From assembly GCA_036337435.1 (NCBI GenBank), contig JAYZEG010000029.1:1-32471 (forward strand): a stretch of 32,471 nt of DNA, read 5' to 3'. This DNA comes from Myxococcota bacterium. Its GTDB lineage: Bacteria > Myxococcota_A > Bradymonadia > UBA7976 > UBA1532. The notes below the pieces were generated by a model. It saw only the letters and a program-made list of their open reading frames with translations. It was not told where the DNA came from and made no database searches. This document shows positions 18,208 to 27,258 of this stretch, piece after piece. Each line of letters opens with the position of its first letter. Within the stretch, counting starts at the first letter, position 1. Made by a program: the position numbers and the translations under genes.

Positions 18208-18344
18208 GAAGCCGTCTTCTCAAGGGGTAAACTAAGCCATTTTTGTGTCTATCATGGCTTCAGTAACGCCACTTTTAAAAGAACAGAGCGCGTTGCCGCC
18301 GATGTCGACGTGTCTTAGTGTTTCACCCAGTTGAAGAGACCGGT

Positions 18345-18995
18345 TTATTTGTCTTTGAAAGTGCCTGTGAGCGTAAAACCTCCGCCTTCGAATCGCATCG
18401 TTCGACGGGGAGCGAGCTCGATTTCCCATCCATCACCAGCCGCCGTCAGCGGGGTTGTCTCCAGGTCTGGTGCATCGATTTCAAAATCGTTATCTGGGGT
18501 GTCGCTGGAATCTAGGGGATCGGTTCCAGACTCAATCTCGAATAGGTTCGACGCGCCGTCACCATCACAATCCTGAGCAGCATCATCCGAACCGGCAACC
18601 GTTTGAGGTGTCGTCGGATCCAAATTTTGACCCGATTCAGCGAAGCGACATTCCAATTCGTAGAAACCGATCAGCCCATCGCCATCTTGATCGACCTGGT
18701 CGTGATTAAACTGCTGAATCGCTAAGTTTAGGTCGTAGAGGCCGAGCGCAGCACCAAAGGTCATAAACGCACCGTTCCGGTCGCGATCGAAGTCCGCAAA
18801 TGTGCGTCCGGGGAATTCGCGTGCCAGGACAGTTGGGTCATCAATGTCCAACCTATTTACAACTGCGCTCAAAATATCGAATAGCAAATCGATGTCTGTA
18901 AACATTTCATTTTGCTGACGAACCTGAGCTTGGCTAGACGTAACAGCCCCTGTCGAAAGCAAGACAAATATCATGCACATGCGTACCAAGTTCAT
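18345..18995 (-). CDS. Secreted acidic protein with DxDxDG Ca-binding motifs
   Basis: AAGGAG then ATG 18995. Signal peptide ending in SQA. Motifs DFDRDRNG, DQDGDGLIGFYE and DCDGDGASNLFEIESGTDPLD. Confidence 0.75.
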   Translation of the reverse strand: MNLVRMCMIFVLLSTGAVTSSQAQVRQQNEMFTDIDLLFDILSAVVNRLDIDDPTVLAREFPGRTFADFDRDRNGAFMTFGAALGLYDLNLAIQQFNHDQVDQDGDGLIGFYELECRFAESGQNLDPTTPQTVAGSDDAAQDCDGDGASNLFEIESGTDPLDSSDTPDNDFEIDAPDLETTPLTAAGDGWEIELAPRRTMRFEGGGFTLTGTFKDK

Positions 18996-19388
18996 CTCCT
19001 TTGACGGCCGTGGGACCTCAAGAGCCCCAGGTGGGGCGTTCCGCACCTGCTAGCATATCGAGGAGTGGGTCGCATTGCCAGTGATCATTGGTCGGCACGC
19101 GGTCTCGCACGATAAGACGCACTTTGGAGATGTGCCGCACGATGGCCGGCCCCATTTGTTTTTCCGTCGATGGTTTTGGTTTCACGTAAATGGGCCAGAG
19201 ATGGGGAGCCGATGCCGCTCGTTTTTCTTACTTGGGGAATCAAGTCACCACTTACTGTCACACCCCAGCTTTCGGTTTCAGCCTACAAAAGCAGCCTTTC
19301 AGCCTTGAAATTTCTTAAATCTACCGCTCGGTATAATTTGGCATGTACCTAGCTTCGTAGAGTCGCTGTACCGCCGAACAGGAGGGGA

Positions 19389-20987
19389 GTGATGGATCGT
19401 CGAAAGTTTCTAAAGATCGGAGCGGCGTCGAGCGTTGCTGCTGCTGCATATACACCAACAGCAGCGACGGCCAGACCAAAGCCACCGGAGGTAATTAGGC
19501 CTCTTAATCCGGGCGGTTCTGATGTCCTTCCGCCTGATGTGACCCGACATGTGCTTATCATTGGTGGTGGTTTGGCCGGTCTGTCGGCTGCATTGGAATT
19601 AGTCGAGCGTGGATACAAGGTTACCCTAAAGGAAGCGTCCGATGTTCTAGGCGGCCGACTCGCGACTCGTCGCTTGGAGACGGGGGCCGGTCCGTTCAAT
19701 GTCGAGCATGGTCTTCACATGTGGTTCCACAATTACCATAACTTCAAAGATATCCGGCGACGGCTCCATCTAGATGAGAGCTTCGTACCCTACAACGAAG
19801 TACATTTCGTCTTCAGGGATTATGAGCCCGAGGTCATGAAGAGTGAGCCACCGGTGTACCCACTCAACCTCATTCAGTTACTGAGGCGGTCTCCGAACCT
19901 GAGTTTGTTTTCAGCCTTTCGACAGCTCGGCATGCTGAAAGATGTGGTTGGTTACAATCATGACGACATTTTTGAAAGACTGGATGGTGAGACCTTCGAA
20001 TCATGGGCGAAAACGCGGGTGTCGAAGGCTTTCTATGAGTTGATCATGGAACCTGCCGCGTCCGTTACACTCAACAAGCCAGAATTGGTCAGTGCAGCCG
20101 AAATGCTGCAGATGATGCACCTTTATTTCATGAGCGATCCGCGAGCGATGAACCGGGAAGTGACGACCGTTGATCACGGCACTGCCGTCATTGACCCGTG
20201 GGTCCGATATCTCAGAGAAATGGGGGCAAGCATTGAAACGGAGACGCCTGTGAAAGGGCTGGTTTTCGAAAATGGTTGTCCTGTTGGCGAGGTCGATGAT
20301 GACACAGTCTATGACTGGGTGGTTCTTGCAACGGCTGTACCTGGTGCCCGCAACATTTTGAATGAGTCCATTGCCACTGATTCCCACAGTGAGAACGTTC
20401 TCAATGGATTACGCGACCGGGTGGGGCAGTTGAAAGTCGCGCCACCCTACCGTGTTGTTCGATTTTGGTTGGATCGACAGCCGTCTGATGAGGTGCCAGA
20501 TATCATTGAGTCGCCTCAGCATCCGCCGATTAATTTGGCTGTGCAATTTCACTTACTGGAGGAGGAATCAGCCCAATGGGCTGCGCGCACCAATGGCAGT
20601 GTTATCGAACTTCATTTATACGCGAACCCAGAGATCGCTCGTATTCCAGAGTCGGAGCTCTGGCGAGTGTTGTCACCGACGGTTGATGAACTCTTACCTG
20701 GCTTGGGTGATGCCCGCGTCATCGGCCAAACCGTCGGCACGTACGAAGACTTTACATCCTATGAAACCTATCAGGCGACCATCAGGCCTCGATCTAGTTT
20801 CATATTTGAAGTCGGAGGAGACTGCTTGTCCTTCGCTGGTGACTGGGTGAAGACAAATTATCCGTCTGCACTCATGGAGAAGGCCGTGTCGACGGGTAGA
20901 GAAGCGGCTAACCTCTGCCTATTTCGAGACGATGTCCGCGAAGTACCCTTGGTTGTTACGAGTTCCAATGGCCCCGGCTTAATTTAG
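19389..20987 (+). CDS. FAD-dependent oxidoreductase, amine oxidase/carotenoid desaturase (CrtU-like) family, with Tat signal
   Basis: DRRKFLK Tat motif, Rossmann IIGGGLAGLSAA, LGGR, EHGLH.WF.NY, and C-terminal FAGDWV...LMEKAVSTG. Confidence 0.85.
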   Translation: MMDRRKFLKIGAASSVAAAAYTPTAATARPKPPEVIRPLNPGGSDVLPPDVTRHVLIIGGGLAGLSAALELVERGYKVTLKEASDVLGGRLATRRLETGAGPFNVEHGLHMWFHNYHNFKDIRRRLHLDESFVPYNEVHFVFRDYEPEVMKSEPPVYPLNLIQLLRRSPNLSLFSAFRQLGMLKDVVGYNHDDIFERLDGETFESWAKTRVSKAFYELIMEPAASVTLNKPELVSAAEMLQMMHLYFMSDPRAMNREVTTVDHGTAVIDPWVRYLREMGASIETETPVKGLVFENGCPVGEVDDDTVYDWVVLATAVPGARNILNESIATDSHSENVLNGLRDRVGQLKVAPPYRVVRFWLDRQPSDEVPDIIESPQHPPINLAVQFHLLEEESAQWAARTNGSVIELHLYANPEIARIPESELWRVLSPTVDELLPGLGDARVIGQTVGTYEDFTSYETYQATIRPRSSFIFEVGGDCLSFAGDWVKTNYPSALMEKAVSTGREAANLCLFRDDVREVPLVVTSSNGPGLI

Positions 20988-21005
20988 CGAAGGAAGGATC
21001 CTACC

Positions 21006-21500
21006 ATGAGATTAATTGTTGTTTTGAGCGCGTTTGCCGTCTTTGGATGTGCGGAAGTTCTAGATCACACGCAGTATCCCAATGGAGCGCAAGAACGGGC
21101 CCTTCCCAAATCGTATTCTGCGCCCACCAGTGAGACTCTTCTCGATGAGCATGCTTGGCGACATATTGGGCCATTGGCGGCCGGTGGACAGACGCAGATC
21201 GGTGTCGCGAGTGAATTGATTGGCTTCGACGCATCTATCAATGAGGGCGAAGATTTGGTTGTACGTAACTTCAGTGCTGGCTGGACATCCGTACACATCT
21301 TCGCTTGGAACCCGGCTACACAGGTTTGGGAGACCATTCGCACACAAGTCCAATCGGCTCCCATCGATGCTAATTTAGAAGGGGGCCAGGTTGCCTTTCG
21401 GGCACCTTTCACAGGGAACTACTTATTCCTTTTAGAACCCATTGGTGCACGTAACGTGGACTATTTGATCCGACTCGACTGTGATGGAAACTGCCTCTAA
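21006..21500 (+). CDS. Hypothetical lipoprotein (PPC-like beta-sandwich)
   Basis: Lipobox VFG-C, AAGGA RBS, C-terminal F.AP.TG.Y pattern. Starts 18 nt after the oxidoreductase stop. Confidence 0.7.
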   Translation: MRLIVVLSAFAVFGCAEVLDHTQYPNGAQERALPKSYSAPTSETLLDEHAWRHIGPLAAGGQTQIGVASELIGFDASINEGEDLVVRNFSAGWTSVHIFAWNPATQVWETIRTQVQSAPIDANLEGGQVAFRAPFTGNYLFLLEPIGARNVDYLIRLDCDGNCL

Positions 21501-21518
21501 AGGAACCTCGGGGCGCGT

Positions 21519-21546
21519 TGGTTCGACGGGTCTCGTGACCCGACCA
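21519..21546. terminator. Hairpin between convergent genes
   Basis: CGGGTC-TCGT-GACCCG (21527-21542), extendable by TGGT/ACCA. No clear U-tract. Confidence 0.3.
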
Positions 21547-21616
21547 GATTAATGTGTCCTTCGCGCACTCCAGCCTAATCACCCATTTTTCAAATTTTCG
21601 GGTTGAGCCGGATTGG

Positions 21617-22000
21617 TCATTTGGCAGTATTGATAGGGCGTCTGTTGCCCCACGCTGGCTCACCTTCAGTCGACCAGTTAATGGTGTGCAAAAAACACGC
21701 TTGATGCCACCTAAGGTCAAGGTTGTACAGATGAGGAAAGTCGTCTTCACGTTCAGGCACCCACTCCCATTTGAGGTCTGACCCGAAAACCACAGCATCA
21801 AATTCGAGAACATGAAGCGCAGAGCCTGGGGCGAAATAGAGGCCAGCCGTATTCAACACCTGACCTTTCGGTGAAAGATGTACATATCCATCTTCTCGAT
21901 CGACCGGAACAAGCGGGATACGGTCTGTTTTTTTCGCCTCCTCGCAGTCCATCTCTGTGATAAGTCGAAAGACCCGGTTCTGTTGTGTCATTTCACCCAT
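21617..22000 (-). CDS. DUF952 family protein
   Basis: DGYVHLS...QV..TA..YF, LKWE and FPHLY motifs. GAGGAGG RBS. Confidence 0.9.
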   Translation of the reverse strand: MGEMTQQNRVFRLITEMDCEEAKKTDRIPLVPVDREDGYVHLSPKGQVLNTAGLYFAPGSALHVLEFDAVVFGSDLKWEWVPEREDDFPHLYNLDLRWHQACFLHTINWSTEGEPAWGNRRPINTAK

Positions 22001-22273
22001 CCTCCTCTAAAGCACGAGCTTAAGCCCTTTTTCAAACGTGCACAATAGGCTCACTTGCCTCGTGTCACACCTGAGCTCGACGCCAACTGTTGGCAAACAG
22101 CATCGACCGAGAAATGTGTCGCAATGGTTTCGCAAAATTGTCTTACATTTTTCTTTCTAAAACGACCTCCCGTAGTTATGCATTTGCCAGGGGAGTTATC
22201 TTGAATGGGTCAAGAATGACGATACGTTGGGGAAAAGCCACACCCTGCGGCTAAAAAACAGTAGTCAGATACG

Positions 22274-22846
22274 ATGAAGACATTATTAACCGGCCTCGCG
22301 GCCTTCGGTATGATGATGGGTGTTGCCAATGCTGATGACCATCCGGGCCAAGAGGTCGGCCTTACTCTCGGGACGTCACTTTGCCAAGAGTCGGGTGAAG
22401 CAAAATGTGATGATATCAGTCCAAACATCGCTGTCACGGCCGGTTATGCATACAAATTTACGGGCATGATGGGAGCCGGATTGGACATTGATTACTCGAA
22501 GTTCGGTGGCGATTTAGGTGAGAATCTATCTCACCTAGGGGCCTATGGTATGTTCCACTACTACCAGGCTGCGGGACCCGTAAATCTCGACGTGGGCTTA
22601 GGTCTTGGGTACTCGAGCTACAGCAGTAAAGTACAAAGCGATGAGGCAACACATACATCACTGATGGGTGTCAAAGCAGGTCTTGCTGTCAACTACTCCC
22701 TTGATGACAAGATGTCTGTTGGCCTGGATATCAGCTATCTACTTCATGGCAAAGCAAAGCCAGAAGTCGATGGCACTGAAAGCCCAACAGAGGTCGATGC
22801 AATCAACCAATTGAAGGTCGGCCTTGGTTTCAACTATGCACTGTAA
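22274..22846 (+). CDS. Outer-membrane beta-barrel protein (OmpA/OmpW-like 8-stranded)
   Basis: Signal peptide ending in ANA. Alternating amphipathic strands. C-terminal beta-signal-like LKVGLGFNYAL. Confidence 0.88.
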   Translation: MKTLLTGLAAFGMMMGVANADDHPGQEVGLTLGTSLCQESGEAKCDDISPNIAVTAGYAYKFTGMMGAGLDIDYSKFGGDLGENLSHLGAYGMFHYYQAAGPVNLDVGLGLGYSSYSSKVQSDEATHTSLMGVKAGLAVNYSLDDKMSVGLDISYLLHGKAKPEVDGTESPTEVDAINQLKVGLGFNYAL

Positions 22847-22877
22847 GTTTGTCAGACGGCGTTGAGCCGGCGATGGC

Positions 22878-22900
22878 GCCCAGCATGGGTCCCGTTTTTT
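22878..22900 (+). terminator. Possible intrinsic terminator after the OMP gene
   Basis: GCCCA-GCA-TGGGT stem within a GC-rich stretch, followed by CCCG and T6. The stem is weak. Confidence 0.3.
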
Positions 22901-23245
22901 GCCAAGTCATTGGTTTGGTCTGTGACTTAGTCCTTCGATTTTTTTGGGTACGGCAGGCTCACATCGCTTAGAATCCTGAGGATTGTTTGAATCATGACTG
23001 CTTCGGCCCAAGACAATCATTGAGCAATGATCTCGTGTGAACTTGTCCATCAAAATGACCTCTTTACCGCGAGCATAATCGTCGCCGCAGATAGTTTCCG
23101 TTCGGTATCGCTGCCTAGCTCTGTACGGCTAGGGGCTACACGGCCTGTCTTTCAGTGGACGTGAAATGTTCTTTTCGGCACAATGCTGTCGCGGGGAGCG
23201 TAAAAGGGGATCAATCTTTAAATCAGGGCGATACGCTCTTTACTC

Positions 23246-24949
23246 ATGGGGATGGCTTTGTCTCGACATACGTGCATCACAATGTTGTGCATTGTCTCAA
23301 TCGGACTTTGGAGCTGCGAGGAAGGGCCGCCTCGTGACGTTGCTGAACAAGTGGACCGGGTCGAACCTGCGGCGGTCGACATTGCCTTTGAGGAGATGGC
23401 CGACGAATCGGTGTATGTCAACGGCTCACGTGGTCAGGAGAGCATCAGGCGACTCACTCGGGCGCAATTTGAGCGCTCGGTGAAAACCTTATTAGGCGAC
23501 GATATCGTCGTTCCCACGGTGGCCGAACCCGATGTGGCGCGCGGCGGACTTCGTGCTGTTGGTGCCTCGGCACTCACCTATACCGCACGAGGAGTCGAGT
23601 CTGTTGAGACGGTCGCCTACGCCGTGGCAGACCAAGCCCTCTCAAATGATTCAAAACGGCAGGTCGTGGTTGGGTGCGAATTGGGCGGCGATCAAGCGCC
23701 AAATTGCGCTGAGGATGCCATTGGGCGATGGGCGACACGGGCCTGGCGCCGGCCTGTGACGGCGCAAGAGCAGTCGGCTTTGATGAGTGTGTACACTGGC
23801 GCGCTTGAGACACTCGGAAATCCTGTCGAAGCCCTCAAGTTTCCAATGGCCGCCATCTTACAATCGCCTCACTTTCTGTTCCGGGTCGAGGTTGCTCACG
23901 GGGTCTCTGGCGATGAAGAAAAGAGCCTACCCGCACATGAGTTGGCGGCACGTCTCAGTTATTTTTTATGGAATACGCCGCCGGATGAACTGTTGTTAGC
24001 AGCGGTCTCCGATGGGCGCCTGGAGACCCGCCGGGGTTTATTCGACCAAGCGAAGAGGATGCTCGCGGACGCGCGAGCGCGCGATGGGATTCGGTCTCTT
24101 TTCGACGACCACCTTAAGTTGTACGAATTAGACCACATGAGCAAAGACCCAACTGTTTTTGAACATTTTAACGATAAACTGGGTGCCTATGCGAGGGAAG
24201 AGACTCTGAGACTCATCGACGATTTGGTGTTTGCGGAACCGCGGGATTTTCGGGAATTGATGACGTCGACGGTGACTTTTATCAATCCCATGCTCGCATC
24301 CATCTATGAAATGCCAGCCCCTAAACCCAATGCATTTGGGCGCGCGACGATTCCTGAGTCGAAAGGGCGAGTCGGGATTCTTGGACACGTATCCTTCTTG
24401 GCCACTCATGCCCATTCGAGAGCGTCATCAGCCACCCGTAGAGGATTGGCCGTTCGTACCATCTTACTGTGTCAAAACATCCCGCCGGCTCCGGTTGATG
24501 TGGATACCTCCATTCCAGAACCTAGTGCTGCTGACCGAACCCTGCGCGAGAGGGTAGCCAAGCATTTGGAATCTCCATCTTGTGCGGGTTGCCATCGCCT
24601 GACGGATCCCATCGGGCTTGGACTCGAGAATTTCGATGGGATCGGCCGGCATCGAACAACGGAGTACGACACCGTCATCGACCCGTCTGGCGAGTTGGAT
24701 GGAACCTATTTTTCCGATGCTGTCGAATTAGGAACTGCGATCAAGGAACATCCCGCCTTTGTCCCTTGTGTTGTCAAAGTTGTGAGCCGTTATGCTGTCG
24801 GTCGTATGGAGGACGCCGTCGAACGCGAATGGATCGATACGCTGACGGATCGGTTTGCTTATCATAATTATCAGCTGAGGCCCCTTATGCTTGAATTGAT
24901 CGTTAGCCCTCTGTTTCGGCGCGTGGGCTTGTTGAGGACTGCACGATGA
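23246..24949 (+). CDS. DUF1592/DUF1588/DUF1595/DUF1587/DUF1585 (PSD-domain) lipoprotein with CxxCH
   Basis: LWS-C lipobox, RRLTRAQF, RAWRRP, LQSPHFLFR, ELAARLSYFLW..PPD, S.TRRG, CAGCH and DPIGLGLENFDGIG. Confidence 0.92.
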   Translation: MGMALSRHTCITMLCIVSIGLWSCEEGPPRDVAEQVDRVEPAAVDIAFEEMADESVYVNGSRGQESIRRLTRAQFERSVKTLLGDDIVVPTVAEPDVARGGLRAVGASALTYTARGVESVETVAYAVADQALSNDSKRQVVVGCELGGDQAPNCAEDAIGRWATRAWRRPVTAQEQSALMSVYTGALETLGNPVEALKFPMAAILQSPHFLFRVEVAHGVSGDEEKSLPAHELAARLSYFLWNTPPDELLLAAVSDGRLETRRGLFDQAKRMLADARARDGIRSLFDDHLKLYELDHMSKDPTVFEHFNDKLGAYAREETLRLIDDLVFAEPRDFRELMTSTVTFINPMLASIYEMPAPKPNAFGRATIPESKGRVGILGHVSFLATHAHSRASSATRRGLAVRTILLCQNIPPAPVDVDTSIPEPSAADRTLRERVAKHLESPSCAGCHRLTDPIGLGLENFDGIGRHRTTEYDTVIDPSGELDGTYFSDAVELGTAIKEHPAFVPCVVKVVSRYAVGRMEDAVEREWIDTLTDRFAYHNYQLRPLMLELIVSPLFRRVGLLRTAR

Positions 24950-26280
24950 TGATTCGACGCAAACCCATCGACAGACGGACCTTGCTTAAAGGGATGCTTG
25001 GCGGTGCCGCAGTCACGATCGCGTTGCCGACCCTCGAAGCTTTTTTTGGCGGGACACAGCGTGCCTATGCGAGCAGCGGAAGCTATCCCACCCGGTTTGG
25101 TATCTTTTCCTGGGGCAATGGTGTTCATCCGCAGCATTGGATCCCCGATGAGGTTGGCGATGCTTGGGTAGCGAAAGACCAACTTAAGCCGTTTGAGGGC
25201 GTTCGGTCCAAGCTTGCTGTCATCACAGGGATGGAAGTCAAGGCACCCAATAACGATGCCCACAGCTCTGGACCCGGTGGCTTACTCTCTGGGGTGCCCT
25301 TGCTCGGAACGGATGGTTACACACGATTTGGCGGTCCCTCCATCGACCAGATGATCGCAGCAGAGAAGGGCGGAGAGACTCGTTTTCGGTCCATCGAGGT
25401 TGCCGTTCAGCCAAACGGACGTGGTTTGTCATTCAGTGATCGCGACACACGACTGCCACCCGAATCGGACCCCACAGCCGTTTTCAACCGTCTTTTTGGA
25501 CCCCACTTCCGTGCGCCTGGCGATGCACCGATCATTGATCCCAAATTGGCTCTGAGACGGAGCGTCCTCGATGTGGTCATGGCCGATTCCAGAGCCTTGG
25601 CCAGCAAACTGGGAAGCGCGGACCGCCAGCGACTAGAGCAACATCTGAATTCGGTTCGAGATTTGGAGCTCAGAATTGCTCGAATGCAGGATGACCCGCC
25701 CAACCTGGCGGCCTGTAGTCGACCCGAAGAACCGCCGCCAATACCGGATGTGGACGGTCGCCCACAGATGACAGAGCGCGGCCGTGTGATGGCTGATTTA
25801 TTGGTGATGGCTTACGCATGTGATCTGACGCGAGTCGCCAGCTGTTGGTATAGCGACCCGCTGAGCGATGTCCTGTACCCGGGTGCGTCAGCTGGTCATC
25901 ATCAACTCACACACGATGAGCCAGGGGACATGCCAACCGTTAAGCGCATCACGGAGTCGACCATGATGGACGCAGCCTACCTTTTGGAACAAATGGATCG
26001 CATCCAAGAGGGGGAGGGCACGCTATTAGACCATTCGGCCATCTTAATGACCACCGACGTATCCTATGCCCGAACGCATCAAATCGATGAGTATCCCATT
26101 TTGGTTGCTGGCCGTGCAGGCGGGCGTTTGAAGACCGGCCATCATTACCGGTCGACCACGAAAGAAAATGCGTGCATGGTCTCGCTTTCCTTGGTCAGAG
26201 CCATGGGCTTGAATCGTGAAAAGTTTGGTGAAGGACCTGATGAGACCAGCCAAGGGCTGAGTGCTTTGGAGGTTTTATGA
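24946..26280 (+). CDS. DUF1552 (HXXSHH) family protein with Tat-like signal
   Basis: IDRRTLLKG...ALPTLEA, NGV, SIDQ.IA, SVLD.V, ACDLTRV, HHQLTH, EG.GTLLD and AGRAGG. ATGA overlap with the upstream gene. Confidence 0.92.
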   Translation: MMIRRKPIDRRTLLKGMLGGAAVTIALPTLEAFFGGTQRAYASSGSYPTRFGIFSWGNGVHPQHWIPDEVGDAWVAKDQLKPFEGVRSKLAVITGMEVKAPNNDAHSSGPGGLLSGVPLLGTDGYTRFGGPSIDQMIAAEKGGETRFRSIEVAVQPNGRGLSFSDRDTRLPPESDPTAVFNRLFGPHFRAPGDAPIIDPKLALRRSVLDVVMADSRALASKLGSADRQRLEQHLNSVRDLELRIARMQDDPPNLAACSRPEEPPPIPDVDGRPQMTERGRVMADLLVMAYACDLTRVASCWYSDPLSDVLYPGASAGHHQLTHDEPGDMPTVKRITESTMMDAAYLLEQMDRIQEGEGTLLDHSAILMTTDVSYARTHQIDEYPILVAGRAGGRLKTGHHYRSTTKENACMVSLSLVRAMGLNREKFGEGPDETSQGLSALEVL

Positions 26281-27212
26281 ATCCAGTATTGCCCCTGCTC
26301 TTCGTCATCCTCTCGTGCATGGGTTGCGGTGAGTCATCGGGTACTGATAATCCAGCGACCGATTCCAAGGGTGAACAACCCTATGAATCCTATTTTGAGA
26401 ATGATGGGTATCTCAAGCCCAACAGCCGCGGCTTAATCATTCGCAATGTTCAATTTTTTGGCGAAGATGAAGCCGGAACCATCGAGGGATTCGACCTCGA
26501 TAATCGAGTCAGTTTAGATGATGACGAAATCAGTTGTGGTCATGCGGATTCTGTCGACTCGTCGGGAAACCAAGGGATCGACAATCAGTTGAGTGCGGTT
26601 TGGAACAACTTGATTGGCCCCTTAGTTGGCGAAGCGACTCATGCGTTGATTAAAGGTGCAATCAACGAAGGACGTTTGTTACTGGGTATCGAACTGACTG
26701 GCGTTGATGACCCGCTCAACGATGATGACATCGGTTTGATGTTATTTAAGGGAATCGCTGATCCAGATGTCGGCACCTTTGGGCTTTTGAGCCCAAACCA
26801 GACCTATTATGTGGACACTGCCGAACCAAAATCAGTGATCGAGAACATAGAGATCAAAGATGGTTTTGTTGAGGCTGGCCCAGTGGAATTCGATATCCCA
26901 ATCGACATCCTGAACGAATATTTCATTGTTACAGTCGCTAACGGGCAGATTCGGTTTCAGATGAACGAGGACGGCTCCGCGGAAGGCTTCATCGGAGGTG
27001 TTCTCGACGTTGGTGCCGTCCTCGAAGAAGGGTATGAGACAAATGCATCGGCTGAGTTTCATTTGGTCACCCCATTGTTTTATGCAAACACAGATATGTG
27101 GCCAAATGCTGATGGCGAATGCAGGGGAATGTCTGTTGCAATTCGATTCGAGGCGACGCCAGGTTTCATCGTCCACTACCCACAGGCCGAGGTCGTTCCG
27201 GATGAAGGTTAG
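26277..27212 (+). CDS. Acidic hypothetical lipoprotein
   Basis: Lipobox CMG-C. Motifs GFDLD...C...D...GIDNQL and a C-terminal C..MS..I.F.A. ATGA overlap with the DUF1552 gene. Confidence 0.8.
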   Translation: MNPVLPLLFVILSCMGCGESSGTDNPATDSKGEQPYESYFENDGYLKPNSRGLIIRNVQFFGEDEAGTIEGFDLDNRVSLDDDEISCGHADSVDSSGNQGIDNQLSAVWNNLIGPLVGEATHALIKGAINEGRLLLGIELTGVDDPLNDDDIGLMLFKGIADPDVGTFGLLSPNQTYYVDTAEPKSVIENIEIKDGFVEAGPVEFDIPIDILNEYFIVTVANGQIRFQMNEDGSAEGFIGGVLDVGAVLEEGYETNASAEFHLVTPLFYANTDMWPNADGECRGMSVAIRFEATPGFIVHYPQAEVVPDEG

Positions 27213-27258
27213 GCTCTTGCATGAGCCGCCTCGTGCGATTTGGTCCGGTGCCAGTGAC

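Noticed and set aside
19305..19337. TTGAAA...TATAAT promoter upstream of the flavoprotein gene
   Set aside because: The -10 is perfect but the spacer is 21 nt, so the pairing is unsupported. A promoter using this -10 remains possible.
21519..21546. GGTTCGA suggesting a tRNA T-loop
   Set aside because: No cloverleaf, acceptor stem or anticodon arm can be built around it.
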